Below, piece after piece: positions 8,038 through 19,648 of a DNA stretch of 60,581 bases (position 1 is its first letter; the number at the start of each line of letters is the position of its first letter). The notes under the pieces were generated by a model. The model was not told the DNA's origin. It did no database searches and worked only from the letters and a program-made list of their open reading frames with translations. This stretch comes from Gemmatimonadales bacterium. Lineage in GTDB: Bacteria > Gemmatimonadota > Gemmatimonadetes > Gemmatimonadales > GWC2-71-9. A program made the translations under genes and the position numbers. Location of the stretch: assembly GCA_025937755.1 (NCBI GenBank), contig JAICQR010000002.1, forward strand, positions 1 to 60,581, in the 5' to 3' direction.

Positions 8038-9374
8038 AACCGCTGACACTGTTTCTTGCGAGCGCGGTTCTCGTGCTCGTGCCCCGCCCCGCTCCCGCGC
8101 AGGACAGCGCCGCGGTGCTCTCCCTGGCCGAGGCCGCGCGGCGGGCGCTCGCCACGCACCCAGCCACACGCGCGGCCGCCGCGCGTTTCGATGGAGCGCG
8201 AGCCGCCGTGGGGGAGGCGAGCGCCGCGCGACTGCCGTCGGTCTCCCTCTCCGCATCGGCCACGACCTGGTCGGATCCGATGCTGGTGGCGCCACTGCAC
8301 GGGTTTGATCCCGCCGCCGCACCGGCGTTCGACAAGACGCTTATCCAGGGCGGCGTCACCGCGAGCTACATGCTGTTCGACGGCGGCGCCCGTGGCGCCC
8401 GCATCCGCCAGGCGCGCGCTGAAGCCGGCGTGGGCGAAGCCAGCCTGGCGCGGGCCGAGCAGGGGCTGCTCGCGCGACTAACAGTCGCATACCTCGACGT
8501 GCTTGCCCGCGCCCGGATTCTCGGCGCGAGTGAGCAGCGCCTCACCGCTCTTCAGGCAGAGCACGCGCGGGTGACGAAGCTTCATGCCGCCGGGCGTGCA
8601 GCGCAGCTCGACCTGCGCCGGGCCGAGGCGGCACTCGCGAATGCGGCCGCCGAGCAGACCCAGCGGGCGACGTCGCTGGCGCTCGCCCGGCTCGAGCTGG
8701 GACGGCTGGTTGGCGACAGCGGCGCAGCGCCAGGCCGGCTGGAAGACGTGCAGCTGCGTGATTCCGTTGTGCCGGAGCGCTCCGTAATCATCGCCGCGGC
8801 AGCGGCGGCGAGCCCCGATGTCGAGGAGGCCAGGCGCCGCGCGGCGGCAGCAGAAGCAGCCGCCAGTGTCGTGCGTGGCGCGCGGTGGCCGACGGCGAGC
8901 CTCACCAGCGGCTACACCAACCGGGGCGGCGCGGACAGCGACTTTACCGACGACTGGAACGCCGGGGTGCAACTGGCATGGCCGCTCTTCACCGGCGGCG
9001 CCACCGCTCGCCGAATCGACCGGGCCGACGCGGCCGGCCGCGCTGCCAACGAGGAGGTGCGGCTTGCTGAGTTGGACGCCGTGGCCCACGCCGACCGCGC
9101 GCTTGCGCAGCTGGTCGATGCGAACGCGCGCGTAACCAGTCTGACGCAGGCAGTCGAGGCGTTCACCGCCGTCGCCGCCGCGGAACGGCTCCGGCTCGAG
9201 ACCGGCACCGGCATTCAGGCGGACTATCTCGCGGCGGAGGCGGATCTCCTCGGCGCCCGGGCCGAACTGGCCCGCACCGAATACGACCGTCTCGCTGCCG
9301 CGGTCGAGCTGGCCCGCCTGATGGGGCAGCTCGACCTCGCGTGGATCGAAACGGAACTGGAGCAGCAACCATGA
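8034..9374 (+). CDS. TolC-like outer-membrane efflux protein
   Basis: ORF 7959..9374, start moved to ATG 8034 (ATGA overlap with the TetR stop). Signal peptide MKPLTLFLASAVLVLVPRPAPAQ. Two OEP repeats with coiled-coil Ala/Arg-rich sequence. Confidence 0.85.
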   Translation: MKPLTLFLASAVLVLVPRPAPAQDSAAVLSLAEAARRALATHPATRAAAARFDGARAAVGEASAARLPSVSLSASATTWSDPMLVAPLHGFDPAAAPAFDKTLIQGGVTASYMLFDGGARGARIRQARAEAGVGEASLARAEQGLLARLTVAYLDVLARARILGASEQRLTALQAEHARVTKLHAAGRAAQLDLRRAEAALANAAAEQTQRATSLALARLELGRLVGDSGAAPGRLEDVQLRDSVVPERSVIIAAAAAASPDVEEARRRAAAAEAAASVVRGARWPTASLTSGYTNRGGADSDFTDDWNAGVQLAWPLFTGGATARRIDRADAAGRAANEEVRLAELDAVAHADRALAQLVDANARVTSLTQAVEAFTAVAAAERLRLETGTGIQADYLAAEADLLGARAELARTEYDRLAAAVELARLMGQLDLAWIETELEQQP

Positions 9375-10396
9375 ATCGGGCAGCAGCCAAACAGCGGATG
9401 AAGCGTGTCGTGCCGGTCCTGATCGTCCTCGTCGTGCTCGGGCTGCTCGGCCGCCGGTGGCTCGCCAGCCGCTCCGCCGATGGCGGCTCCCTGGTCGCGT
9501 CCGGCACGGTCGAGGCGACCGAAGCCCATCTGGGCTTCCCCGCCGGCGGACTGCTGGCGCGCGTCGAGGTGCGGGAAGGCGAGCGAGTGGAGGAAGGCCA
9601 GCCGCTCGCCTGGCTCGACGACACAGAGTCCCGCGCCCGCCGCGCACAGGCCGCCGCTCAGGCCGACGCGGCGCGTGCACGGCTTGCCGAGCTCGAGGGC
9701 GGCTATCGGAGCGAAGAGGTGGCCCAGGCGCGCGCCGCGCTCGAGGGCGCCGACCGGCAGCTCGACGAGGCGGAGCTCGCACTCGGGCGGACGCAGCGGC
9801 TGCTCGAGGGCGGTGCGGCGAGCCAGGAGGACTACGACAAGGCGGCTGTTGCGCGCGACGTGGCGCGCAGCCGGCGCGCGCAGGCGGCTCAGCAGCTCGG
9901 CCTGCTTCGCAGCGGCCCGCCCCGCGAACAGATCGCGGCGCAGCGCGCGATGGTCGAGCAGGCGGAGGCCAGCGTGGCGGGGTTCGACGCGGCGCTGGCG
10001 CATATGGTAGTGCGTGCGCCGTTCGCAGGTGTCGTCACGGTACGCCATCGCGAGCCGGGCGAGATCGTCGCCCCCGGGTCGCCGGTGCTGACAGTGCTGG
10101 ATCCCGCCGATCGCTGGGTGCGGATCTACGTGCCCGAGCCGCGGCTCGGCAGCGTGGCGCTCGGCGCGCCGGCGGCGATCACGTCCGACACCTACCAGGA
10201 CCGTGACTATCGCGGTGAAGTACGGTTCATCGCGAGCGAGGCGGAGTTCACGCCGAAGACGGTGCAGACCGCCGAGGAGCGCGTGAAGCTGGTCTACGCA
10301 GTGAAGGTGGCGATCACCGGCGACAGCGCCTTCGAGCTGAAGCCGGGAATGCCGGCCGACGTCCGCCTGGAGTCCTCCGATGATGCAGCCCGCTGA
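9371..10396 (+). CDS. HlyD-family membrane-fusion (periplasmic adaptor) protein
   Basis: ORF 9341..10396, start at ATG 9371 (ATGA overlap). N-terminal TM, coiled-coil region, and C-terminal beta domain (LKPGMPADVRL). Confidence 0.85.
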   Translation: MNRAAAKQRMKRVVPVLIVLVVLGLLGRRWLASRSADGGSLVASGTVEATEAHLGFPAGGLLARVEVREGERVEEGQPLAWLDDTESRARRAQAAAQADAARARLAELEGGYRSEEVAQARAALEGADRQLDEAELALGRTQRLLEGGAASQEDYDKAAVARDVARSRRAQAAQQLGLLRSGPPREQIAAQRAMVEQAEASVAGFDAALAHMVVRAPFAGVVTVRHREPGEIVAPGSPVLTVLDPADRWVRIYVPEPRLGSVALGAPAAITSDTYQDRDYRGEVRFIASEAEFTPKTVQTAEERVKLVYAVKVAITGDSAFELKPGMPADVRLESSDDAAR

Positions 10397-11321
10397 ACCT
10401 GCGGTTCGGGTCGAGGGGCTTGGCCGCGACTTCGGCTCACTCAGTGCCGTGCACAATATCGCCTTCGACGTACGGCCGGGCGAGCTCTTCGGGCTCGTCG
10501 GGCCGGATGGTGCGGGGAAGACGACCATCCTCCGCATGCTGGCCGGCGTGCTGCGCCCAACCCGCGGCGACGCCTGGCTCGGTGGCACCAGCGTCGCGCG
10601 GGACCCCGAGGGAGTGAAGCACCGTCTCGCCTACATGTCGCAGCGCTTCGGGCTGTATTCCGACCTCACGGTGCGCGAGAATCTCAACTTCTACGCCGAT
10701 CTGTACGAGGTCCCGCGGCAGGAGCGCGCCGCGCGGCTCGAGCGTCTGTTCGCCTTCTCGAACCTCGGCCCGTTCCAGGACCGGCTCGCGGGAAAGCTGT
10801 CGGGCGGGATGAAGCAGAAGCTCGGTCTCTCCTGCGCGCTCATCCATCAGCCCGAGATCCTGCTGCTCGACGAGCCGACCTTCGGCGTCGATCCGATTTC
10901 GCGTCGTGACCTCTGGCTCATCGTGCACGAGATGGTCGCGCAGGGAGTCACGGTCATCGCGAGCACAGCGTATCTCGACGAGGCCGAGCGGTTCGACCGG
11001 GTGGCGCTGCTGCACGCCGGGCGCATCGTGGCGCTCGACGAGCCCGGTGCGCTGGAGCTGGCTGCGGGGACACTCCTCTCGGTGGAAACCGACCATCCGC
11101 GCGAGGCGCGGGTCGTGCTCGAGCGTCTGTCGGAGGTGACAAGCGCAACCCGGTTCGGGACCCGGCTGCACGTCAGGACCGCCGCTGATCCAGCTGGCGC
11201 GGAACCGGTGGTGCGGAGCGCGCTCGAGTCGGCGGGCGTCAGCGTGAAGTCGGTCGCGCTGGTCACCGCGTCGCTGGAGGACGTGTTCATCGCCCGCCTC
11301 CAGGCGGAGCCGGCCGCGTGA
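10380..11321 (+). CDS. ABC transporter ATP-binding protein (first NBD)
   Basis: Walker A GPDGAGKTT, signature LSGGMKQKL, Walker B ILLLDEP. Confidence 0.9.
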   Translation: MMQPAEPAVRVEGLGRDFGSLSAVHNIAFDVRPGELFGLVGPDGAGKTTILRMLAGVLRPTRGDAWLGGTSVARDPEGVKHRLAYMSQRFGLYSDLTVRENLNFYADLYEVPRQERAARLERLFAFSNLGPFQDRLAGKLSGGMKQKLGLSCALIHQPEILLLDEPTFGVDPISRRDLWLIVHEMVAQGVTVIASTAYLDEAERFDRVALLHAGRIVALDEPGALELAAGTLLSVETDHPREARVVLERLSEVTSATRFGTRLHVRTAADPAGAEPVVRSALESAGVSVKSVALVTASLEDVFIARLQAEPAA

Positions 11322-12286
11322 GCGGCGCCCCGATGCGACCCGGGTCCGACGATCCGGCGGTCGAGGTCGAGGAGCTGACACGCCGGTTCGGCGACTTCGT
11401 CGCAGTCGACCGGGTGACGTTCTCGGTGCGCCGCGGCGAGATCTTCGGCTTCCTGGGCCCCAACGGCGCCGGCAAGACGACGACCATCAAGATGCTGACC
11501 GGCCTGCTGCCGCCGAGCTCGGGACGGGGGCGGGTCGCGGGTTACGACATCATGCGCGACACGGCGGCGATCAAGCAGTCGATCGGCTACATGTCGCAGC
11601 TGTTCTCGCTGTATGGCGATCTCACCGTGGACGAGAACATCGGCTTTTTCGCCGGCCTCTACGGGGTCCCGCGGGAGCGGCGGGCCGAGCGGCGGGCGCG
11701 CGTGCTTGCGATGGCAGGACTCGAGCACGAAGGCAGCCGGCTCACCGGCGACCTGCCGCTGGGCTGGAAGCAGCGCCTCGCCCTCGGGTCGGCGGTGCTG
11801 CACGAGCCGCCGGTACTCTTCCTCGACGAGCCGACCTCGGGAGTGGACCCGATCGCGCGGCGTCAATTCTGGGAACTGATCGACGAACTCGCCGACGTCG
11901 GCACCACCGTATTCGTGAGCACGCACTATATGGAGGAGGCAGAGTACTGCCATCGCCTCGCGCTCATGAACCGTGGGCAGCTGATCGCGCTCGATACGCC
12001 GGCGGCGCTGAGGGCCGGGGCACGCGATCCGATCTTCGAGCTGGCCACCGACGACAGCCCCCGCGCTGTCGAGGCGCTGGCCGGCGTGCCGGGTGTCATC
12101 GAGGCCGCGATGTTCGGCCGCGACCTTCACGTCGTCGTGGAGGACGAGGCGCGCGCGAGAGCGACGGTGCCCGCGGTCCTCGCCGCGGCCGGGATCGAGG
12201 CGGGCGAGATGCACCAGGTCGAGCCGTCGCTCGAAGACGTCTTCGTCGCCCGCGTGCGCGCCGCCGGCGGCGCAGTCGTGGACTAG
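11318..12286 (+). CDS. ABC transporter ATP-binding protein (second NBD)
   Basis: GTG start overlapping the previous stop (GTGA). Walker A GPNGAGKTT, Walker B VLFLDEPTSGVD. Confidence 0.9.
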   Translation: MSGAPMRPGSDDPAVEVEELTRRFGDFVAVDRVTFSVRRGEIFGFLGPNGAGKTTTIKMLTGLLPPSSGRGRVAGYDIMRDTAAIKQSIGYMSQLFSLYGDLTVDENIGFFAGLYGVPRERRAERRARVLAMAGLEHEGSRLTGDLPLGWKQRLALGSAVLHEPPVLFLDEPTSGVDPIARRQFWELIDELADVGTTVFVSTHYMEEAEYCHRLALMNRGQLIALDTPAALRAGARDPIFELATDDSPRAVEALAGVPGVIEAAMFGRDLHVVVEDEARARATVPAVLAAAGIEAGEMHQVEPSLEDVFVARVRAAGGAVVD

Positions 12287-12294
12287 GAGACGAC

Positions 12295-13416
12295 GTGATC
12301 AACACCCGCCGCCTGCTTGCCGTGGCCCGCAAGGAGCTGATCCAGCTCCGCCGTGACCGCCGGAGCCTCACCCTGGCGTTCCTGCTGCCGGTGGCGCTGC
12401 TGGTGATCTTCGCGTATGCGATCAGCTGGGACGTGCGTGAGGTGCGGACGCTGGTGGTGGATGACGATGGCACCGCGCGAAGCCGCGCGCTGGTCGAGGC
12501 GTTCGCCGCCTCGGGCTACTTCACGCTCGAGCAGGGAGCCGACGCCCGCGACGTGGTGCCGCGCATCGACCGCGGAGAGGTGCAGCTCGCGCTCGTGATC
12601 CCGGCCGGGTTCGCGGCGGACCTGGGCGCGGGCCGCCCGGCGCAGCTGCAGGCGATCGTGGACGGGAGCGATGCCAACAGCGCGACGATCATCCTGAGCT
12701 ACGTGCAGGCCATCGTCGGCGCGCACACCGCCCGCCTCGGCGCAACGTTCGGCGCCGCGCCCCCCGTTCCGCGCATCCAGCTGGCGAGCCGCGTCTGGTA
12801 CAACGAGGAGCTGGTGAGCCGCAACATGATCATTCCCGGGCTGGTCGCGGTGATCATGATGATCATCGCCGCCATGCTCACCTCGCTCACCATCGCGCGG
12901 GAGTGGGAGCGGGGCACGATGGAGCAGCTGGCGGCCACCCCGGTCGGCCGGGTCGAGGTGGTGCTCGGCAAGCTGCTTCCCTACCTCGCGATCGGGCTGA
13001 TCGACGTCGCCGTGACGTCCGCACTCGGCGTCTTCCTGTTCGATGTGCCGTTCCGGGGGAGCGTGGTCCAGCTCATGGTCCTCTCCGCGCTCTTCCTGAC
13101 CGGCGCGCTCGGCCTCGGCATGTTCATCTCCGCCGCAACCAAGTCACAGCTGCTCGCGACCCAGCTGGCCATGGTGGTGACGTTCCTGCCCGCATTCCTG
13201 CTCTCCGGGTTCATGTACGCGATCGAGGTGATGCCGCCGCCGCTCCAGGGGGTCACGCTACTGGTGCCGGCGCGATACTTCGTGGTCGTCACGCGGGGAA
13301 TCTTCCTCAAGGGCATCGGCGCCGAGGTGCTGTACGTGCAGGCGCTGCTGATGCTCGGCTTCGCCGCCATCGGGCTCGCGCTCGCGACTCGGGCGTTCCG
13401 GAAGGAACTCGGGTGA
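12295..13416 (+). CDS. ABC-2 type transporter permease (YbhS/YbhR-like)
   Basis: 373 aa. N-terminal KELIQLRRDRRSL, a large extracytoplasmic loop, then 5 C-terminal TM helices, as expected for ABC-2 permeases. Confidence 0.85.
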   Translation: MINTRRLLAVARKELIQLRRDRRSLTLAFLLPVALLVIFAYAISWDVREVRTLVVDDDGTARSRALVEAFAASGYFTLEQGADARDVVPRIDRGEVQLALVIPAGFAADLGAGRPAQLQAIVDGSDANSATIILSYVQAIVGAHTARLGATFGAAPPVPRIQLASRVWYNEELVSRNMIIPGLVAVIMMIIAAMLTSLTIAREWERGTMEQLAATPVGRVEVVLGKLLPYLAIGLIDVAVTSALGVFLFDVPFRGSVVQLMVLSALFLTGALGLGMFISAATKSQLLATQLAMVVTFLPAFLLSGFMYAIEVMPPPLQGVTLLVPARYFVVVTRGIFLKGIGAEVLYVQALLMLGFAAIGLALATRAFRKELG

Positions 13417-14531
13417 TGCGCGCCCTCCCTGCCCCGCTCGAGCGCGTCTTCCAGCTGGTCATGAAGGAGTTCCGGCAGGTGCTGCGGGACCGCCGGATGA
13501 AGGGCGTGATCTTCATCGCGCCGGTGCTTCAGGTCCTCCTGTTCGGCTATGCTGTCTCGACCGACGTGCGGGAGACCCGGCTGATCGTGCTCGACCAGGA
13601 CGGCACCGCCGCGTCGCGCGAGCTCGTCTCCGCCCTCACTTCGTCGGGCTACTTCGTCGCGGCAGGCACCGCCACGCGGTCCGGCCAGCTGGTTCGTGCG
13701 CTCGACCGGGGCGATGCGGCGGCCGCGTTGCACATCCCTGCGGGCTACGCCGCCTCGCTCCGCGACGCGTCCGGCGCCACGGTGCAGCTGCTGCTCGACG
13801 GCAGCAATTCCAACACCGCGACCGTCTCACTGAGCCACGCGCAGCGGATCGTCCAGCAGCTTGGCGCGGAGCGGGTCGTCGGCATGCGTCCCATGATCGA
13901 GCTGCGGGAGCGCGCTTGGTTCAACCCCGATCTCTCGAGCCGCGACTACAACGTTCCGGCCGTCATCGGCGCCATCATGATGCTGGTCGCGCTCCTGCTC
14001 ACCTCGCTCGCGATCGTGCGCGAGCGCGAAATCGGCACCCTCGAGCAGCTCCGCGTGAGCCCTCTCACTCCGGGTGAGCTCATCGCCGGGAAGACGATTC
14101 CCTTCGCGATTATCGGGATGGCGGACCTGCTCCTGGTGACGGTCATCGCGGTCGGGTGGTTCGCGGTGCCGATGCGGGGAAGCATCGTGTTATTGCTCCT
14201 CGCCGGCCTTCTCTACCTCCTTGCCGCGCTCGGGCTCGGCCTGCTGATCTCCAGTGCGGCCGCGACCCAGCAGGAGGCGTTCATGGTCAGCTTCCTCGTA
14301 TACATGCCGACCATTCTGCTGTCGGGCTTCATGTTTCCGGTGAGCAGCATGCCGCGCCTCTTCCAGTGGCTCACCCTGCTCAATCCGATGCGCCATTTCC
14401 TCGAGATCGTGCGCGGGCTGTTCCTGAAGGGCGTCGGCCTGCCGGCGCTCTGGCCCCAGTTCGTCGTCCTGTTCGTCATGGGCGTCAGCGTGCTCTGGTA
14501 CGCCGGGCGCCGCTTTCAACGGGCGGCATGA
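13416..14531 (+). CDS. ABC-2 type transporter permease (paralog)
   Basis: In-frame ATG 13416 within ORF 12903..14531 (MRALPAPLERVFQLVMKEFRQVLRDRRM). 1-nt overlap with the previous stop. Same architecture as the preceding permease. Confidence 0.85.
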   Translation: MRALPAPLERVFQLVMKEFRQVLRDRRMKGVIFIAPVLQVLLFGYAVSTDVRETRLIVLDQDGTAASRELVSALTSSGYFVAAGTATRSGQLVRALDRGDAAAALHIPAGYAASLRDASGATVQLLLDGSNSNTATVSLSHAQRIVQQLGAERVVGMRPMIELRERAWFNPDLSSRDYNVPAVIGAIMMLVALLLTSLAIVREREIGTLEQLRVSPLTPGELIAGKTIPFAIIGMADLLLVTVIAVGWFAVPMRGSIVLLLLAGLLYLLAALGLGLLISSAAATQQEAFMVSFLVYMPTILLSGFMFPVSSMPRLFQWLTLLNPMRHFLEIVRGLFLKGVGLPALWPQFVVLFVMGVSVLWYAGRRFQRAA

Positions 14532-14591
14532 GCCGCCCCTCTCGAGGCAGACTGGGAGCTGCTCACGTCACTGCGTTTCCTGCTACCTCTC

Positions 14592-17336
<2,745 letters not shown>

Positions 17337-17485
17337 GGGTCTCCGGTGATGTGGGGTGGTGCGGGAATATGGCGGCAAGGAGAGGGGACGGGAAGCATCG
17401 CGATGCCCGTGCGTGCCGCCCGCTGGACAGAATACCTCTACCGGGCGACAATCTTGTCTGTTCCATCCGTCGATCAGAGGACGCC

Positions 17486-18052
17486 ATGCGCACCCAGTAT
17501 TACACCGCCACGAGTCTCGACGGCTTCATCGCCACCGACGACGACTCGCTCGAGTGGCTCTTCCAGCTGGGCGACATCGAGGAAACCAGCTACCCGACAT
17601 TCATCAAGGATGTCGGGGCGCTTGCGATGGGCTCGACAACCTACGAGTGGATGCTGCGGAACGTTATTGGGCCCGAGGCGAAGGACCGTCGCCCATGGCC
17701 CTATGACCAGCCCACCTGGGTCTTCAGCTCACGAACGCTCCCTGCGGTCCCCGGCGCGGACATCCGGTTCGCCAGGGGTGATGTGGGGCCGGTCCATGCA
17801 GCGATGGCAGAAGCCGCTGGGGGGAAGAACATCTGGCTGGTGGGCGGCGGAGACCTCGTGGGGCAGTTTCACGATCACGGGTTGCTGGACGACATCTTCG
17901 TGCAGATCGGCTCGGTGACACTCGGCTCCGGCAAGCCACTGCTTCCCCGCGCGATTACCACGCCGCCACTCAAGCTTGTATCAGCCCGGATGGTGGGAAC
18001 CGGATTCGCCGAACTCCACTACGAGATTCAGAAGCCGGTAGCACAGACCTAG
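17486..18052 (+). CDS. dihydrofolate reductase-family (RibD C-terminal domain) protein
   Basis: ORF 17351..18052, start moved to ATG 17486 after AGAGG. MRTQYYTATSLDGFIATDDDSLEWLF...GSTTYEWM...IWLVGGGDLVGQF. Confidence 0.8.
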   Translation: MRTQYYTATSLDGFIATDDDSLEWLFQLGDIEETSYPTFIKDVGALAMGSTTYEWMLRNVIGPEAKDRRPWPYDQPTWVFSSRTLPAVPGADIRFARGDVGPVHAAMAEAAGGKNIWLVGGGDLVGQFHDHGLLDDIFVQIGSVTLGSGKPLLPRAITTPPLKLVSARMVGTGFAELHYEIQKPVAQT

Positions 18053-18714
18053 GCCGCATGCACCGTCACTTCCTCGGTCCGGTCGGTCTCGTCGTCCGGT
18101 CGCTCGCCCAGGAACTCGACCCACTTGGTCTTCATCATCGGATAGTGCTTGGCGGCCTCCACCGACGTGAGCCAGTATCCGATCGTCTCGTCGAATCGCT
18201 TCTGCAATTGGGAGTCGGCGATGCCGCCGTCGGAGCCAAAGGCCTGGTGCGCCTGCGCCAGCGAGAACATGTCGGGATAGACCCGGGCGCCGAGGTGTTC
18301 CAGCGGGATGCGCAGCGACCAGAGCCCCCGATTGCCACCCACCATCGAGGGCGACGCCGACATGAGCATGCCGTAGCGGCGATTGAACGGCTGGGGCCGG
18401 AGGCGTGAGGTCCAGTCGATCACATTCTTGAGGATGCCCGGCATCGAGGCGTTGTACTCCGGCGACACGAGGATGAACCCGTCGGTGGCGAGGAGTCGCT
18501 CCTTGAGCCGGACAGCGCCTTCAGGAATGTTTCCGTCCTGCTCCTCGTCCCCGTCATAGGAGGGACAGTCGAAGTCCGCCATCATGGCGCGCTCGACCCC
18601 GCCCCCGTGGGCCTCCACCGTGCGCTGTGCCAGGGTAGCCAGCCGGTCGTTGAGCGAGTTCTCCCGCAGCGAGGCGCTGAAGACGAGCACCGTAACCGCA
18701 CATTTGTCGGGCAT
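18049..18714 (-). CDS. NAD(P)H-dependent FMN reductase-family oxidoreductase
   Basis: VLVFSASLRENSLNDRLA...SPEYNASMPGILKNVIDW is typical of the flavodoxin-like FMN reductase fold. Its stop overlaps the convergent gene by 4 nt. Confidence 0.8.
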   Translation of the reverse strand: MPDKCAVTVLVFSASLRENSLNDRLATLAQRTVEAHGGGVERAMMADFDCPSYDGDEEQDGNIPEGAVRLKERLLATDGFILVSPEYNASMPGILKNVIDWTSRLRPQPFNRRYGMLMSASPSMVGGNRGLWSLRIPLEHLGARVYPDMFSLAQAHQAFGSDGGIADSQLQKRFDETIGYWLTSVEAAKHYPMMKTKWVEFLGERPDDETDRTEEVTVHAA

Positions 18715-18821
18715 GAGGATCTCCAGGGAGCTGGGAGTTGCCCAACCTCAAGCCGTCTCGGGCGAGGTCGGGTACGCACGCATGGACGGTCCGCGTGAAT
18801 CAGTTTAACGTGAGCGTCGGC

Positions 18822-19025
18822 ATGAGAGCAGTCTTACTCACCGGATCCGCGCTCTACGGCGCGCCTGTGCTGCAGTTCGCGGCCGGAAGTGGCACAGTGA
18901 ACGTCTGGGCCGCCCAGCATGGTGATACGACCTACATCGCTGCGGTCATACCCGATTCGACGTACTATTGGGGCGATGACCTGGTGGTAAGGCTCCGGAC
19001 TGCTTGCAATGACGCGCGCACCTGA
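18822..19025 (+). CDS. possible small hypothetical protein (67 aa)
   Basis: Internal ATG of ORF 18738..19025, in a 390-nt gap. It uses several codons rare elsewhere in the window (aga, tta, ata, agg, gta). No SD sequence and no family recognised. Confidence 0.2.
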   Translation: MRAVLLTGSALYGAPVLQFAAGSGTVNVWAAQHGDTTYIAAVIPDSTYYWGDDLVVRLRTACNDART

Positions 19026-19104
19026 CGGGTCTATGCACCTGGGGATAGGTTGAGGGATGCCGAAGGGAACTCCCGTTCGGCGGAATTTTCCCGCGGAGGC
19101 TGTC

Positions 19105-19551
19105 ATGCCTACGACCACAGAGCAGGAAAACATGGAGTTGATGCAGACGCTGGACGACGCCTGGAACGGCCAGGACGAGGAGGTCTTCCGGGCGCGGCAC
19201 AAGCCCGACGTCGTCGTGCGCTGGCCCGGCACCACCACGCCCACGGTCGGCATCGAGGCGCATACCGCGGAATCGATCGACTTCTGGAAGACCTTCCCCG
19301 ACCAGAAGCTCGACAATCGCCCGTACCGAATTTTCTTCGCCTCGGGCGACTATACCTGTTCGGTGGCGCGATTCACCGGCACCATGACCGGACCAATGAA
19401 GGGGCCCGACGGGAAGATGATCCCGCCCACGGGGAAGTCGTTTGAAGTGGACTTCTACACCGTGGCCCAGTGGGACGATGGCCAGATCGTCGAGGAAGAC
19501 CTCATGTACGACCTGGTCACCTTCATGAAGCAGATCGGCCTCAGCCAGTAA
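19105..19551 (+). CDS. SnoaL-like / ester cyclase (NTF2-fold) protein
   Basis: ORF 19057..19551, start moved to ATG 19105 after GGAGG. ENMELMQTLDDAWNGQD...FYTVAQWDDGQIVEEDLMYD. Confidence 0.8.
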   Translation: MPTTTEQENMELMQTLDDAWNGQDEEVFRARHKPDVVVRWPGTTTPTVGIEAHTAESIDFWKTFPDQKLDNRPYRIFFASGDYTCSVARFTGTMTGPMKGPDGKMIPPTGKSFEVDFYTVAQWDDGQIVEEDLMYDLVTFMKQIGLSQ

Positions 19552-19570
19552 ACTCGACGTCCCAACGCCA

Positions 19571-19605
19571 GCACCCCGCCCCGAGCATCGCTCGGAGCGG
19601 GGTGC
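19571..19605. terminator. GC-rich hairpin between convergent genes (bidirectional terminator candidate)
   Basis: GCACCCCGCCCCGAGC-ATCG-CTCGGAGCGGGGTGC: 9 + 5 bp stem with one mismatch. Weak T-tract only. Confidence 0.6.
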
Positions 19606-19648
19606 GGTGTATTCAGAGCTATGGGCGGCCCGAGGGCCGCGACAGACT

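Noticed and set aside
7234-14531. tRNA-Arg as the integration site of a genomic island carrying the efflux operon
   Set aside because: I saw no integrase, no obvious duplicated tRNA 3' end downstream, and no obvious compositional break by eye. The tRNA has its own terminator, and the operon has its own promoter.
17337-17400. G-rich tract (GGGG..GGG..GGGG..GGG) in the kinase / DHFR-like divergent region as a G4 regulatory element
   Set aside because: One loop would be about 18 nt, outside the standard rule, and the tract is not repeated or palindromic. It is likely just GC-rich promoter DNA.
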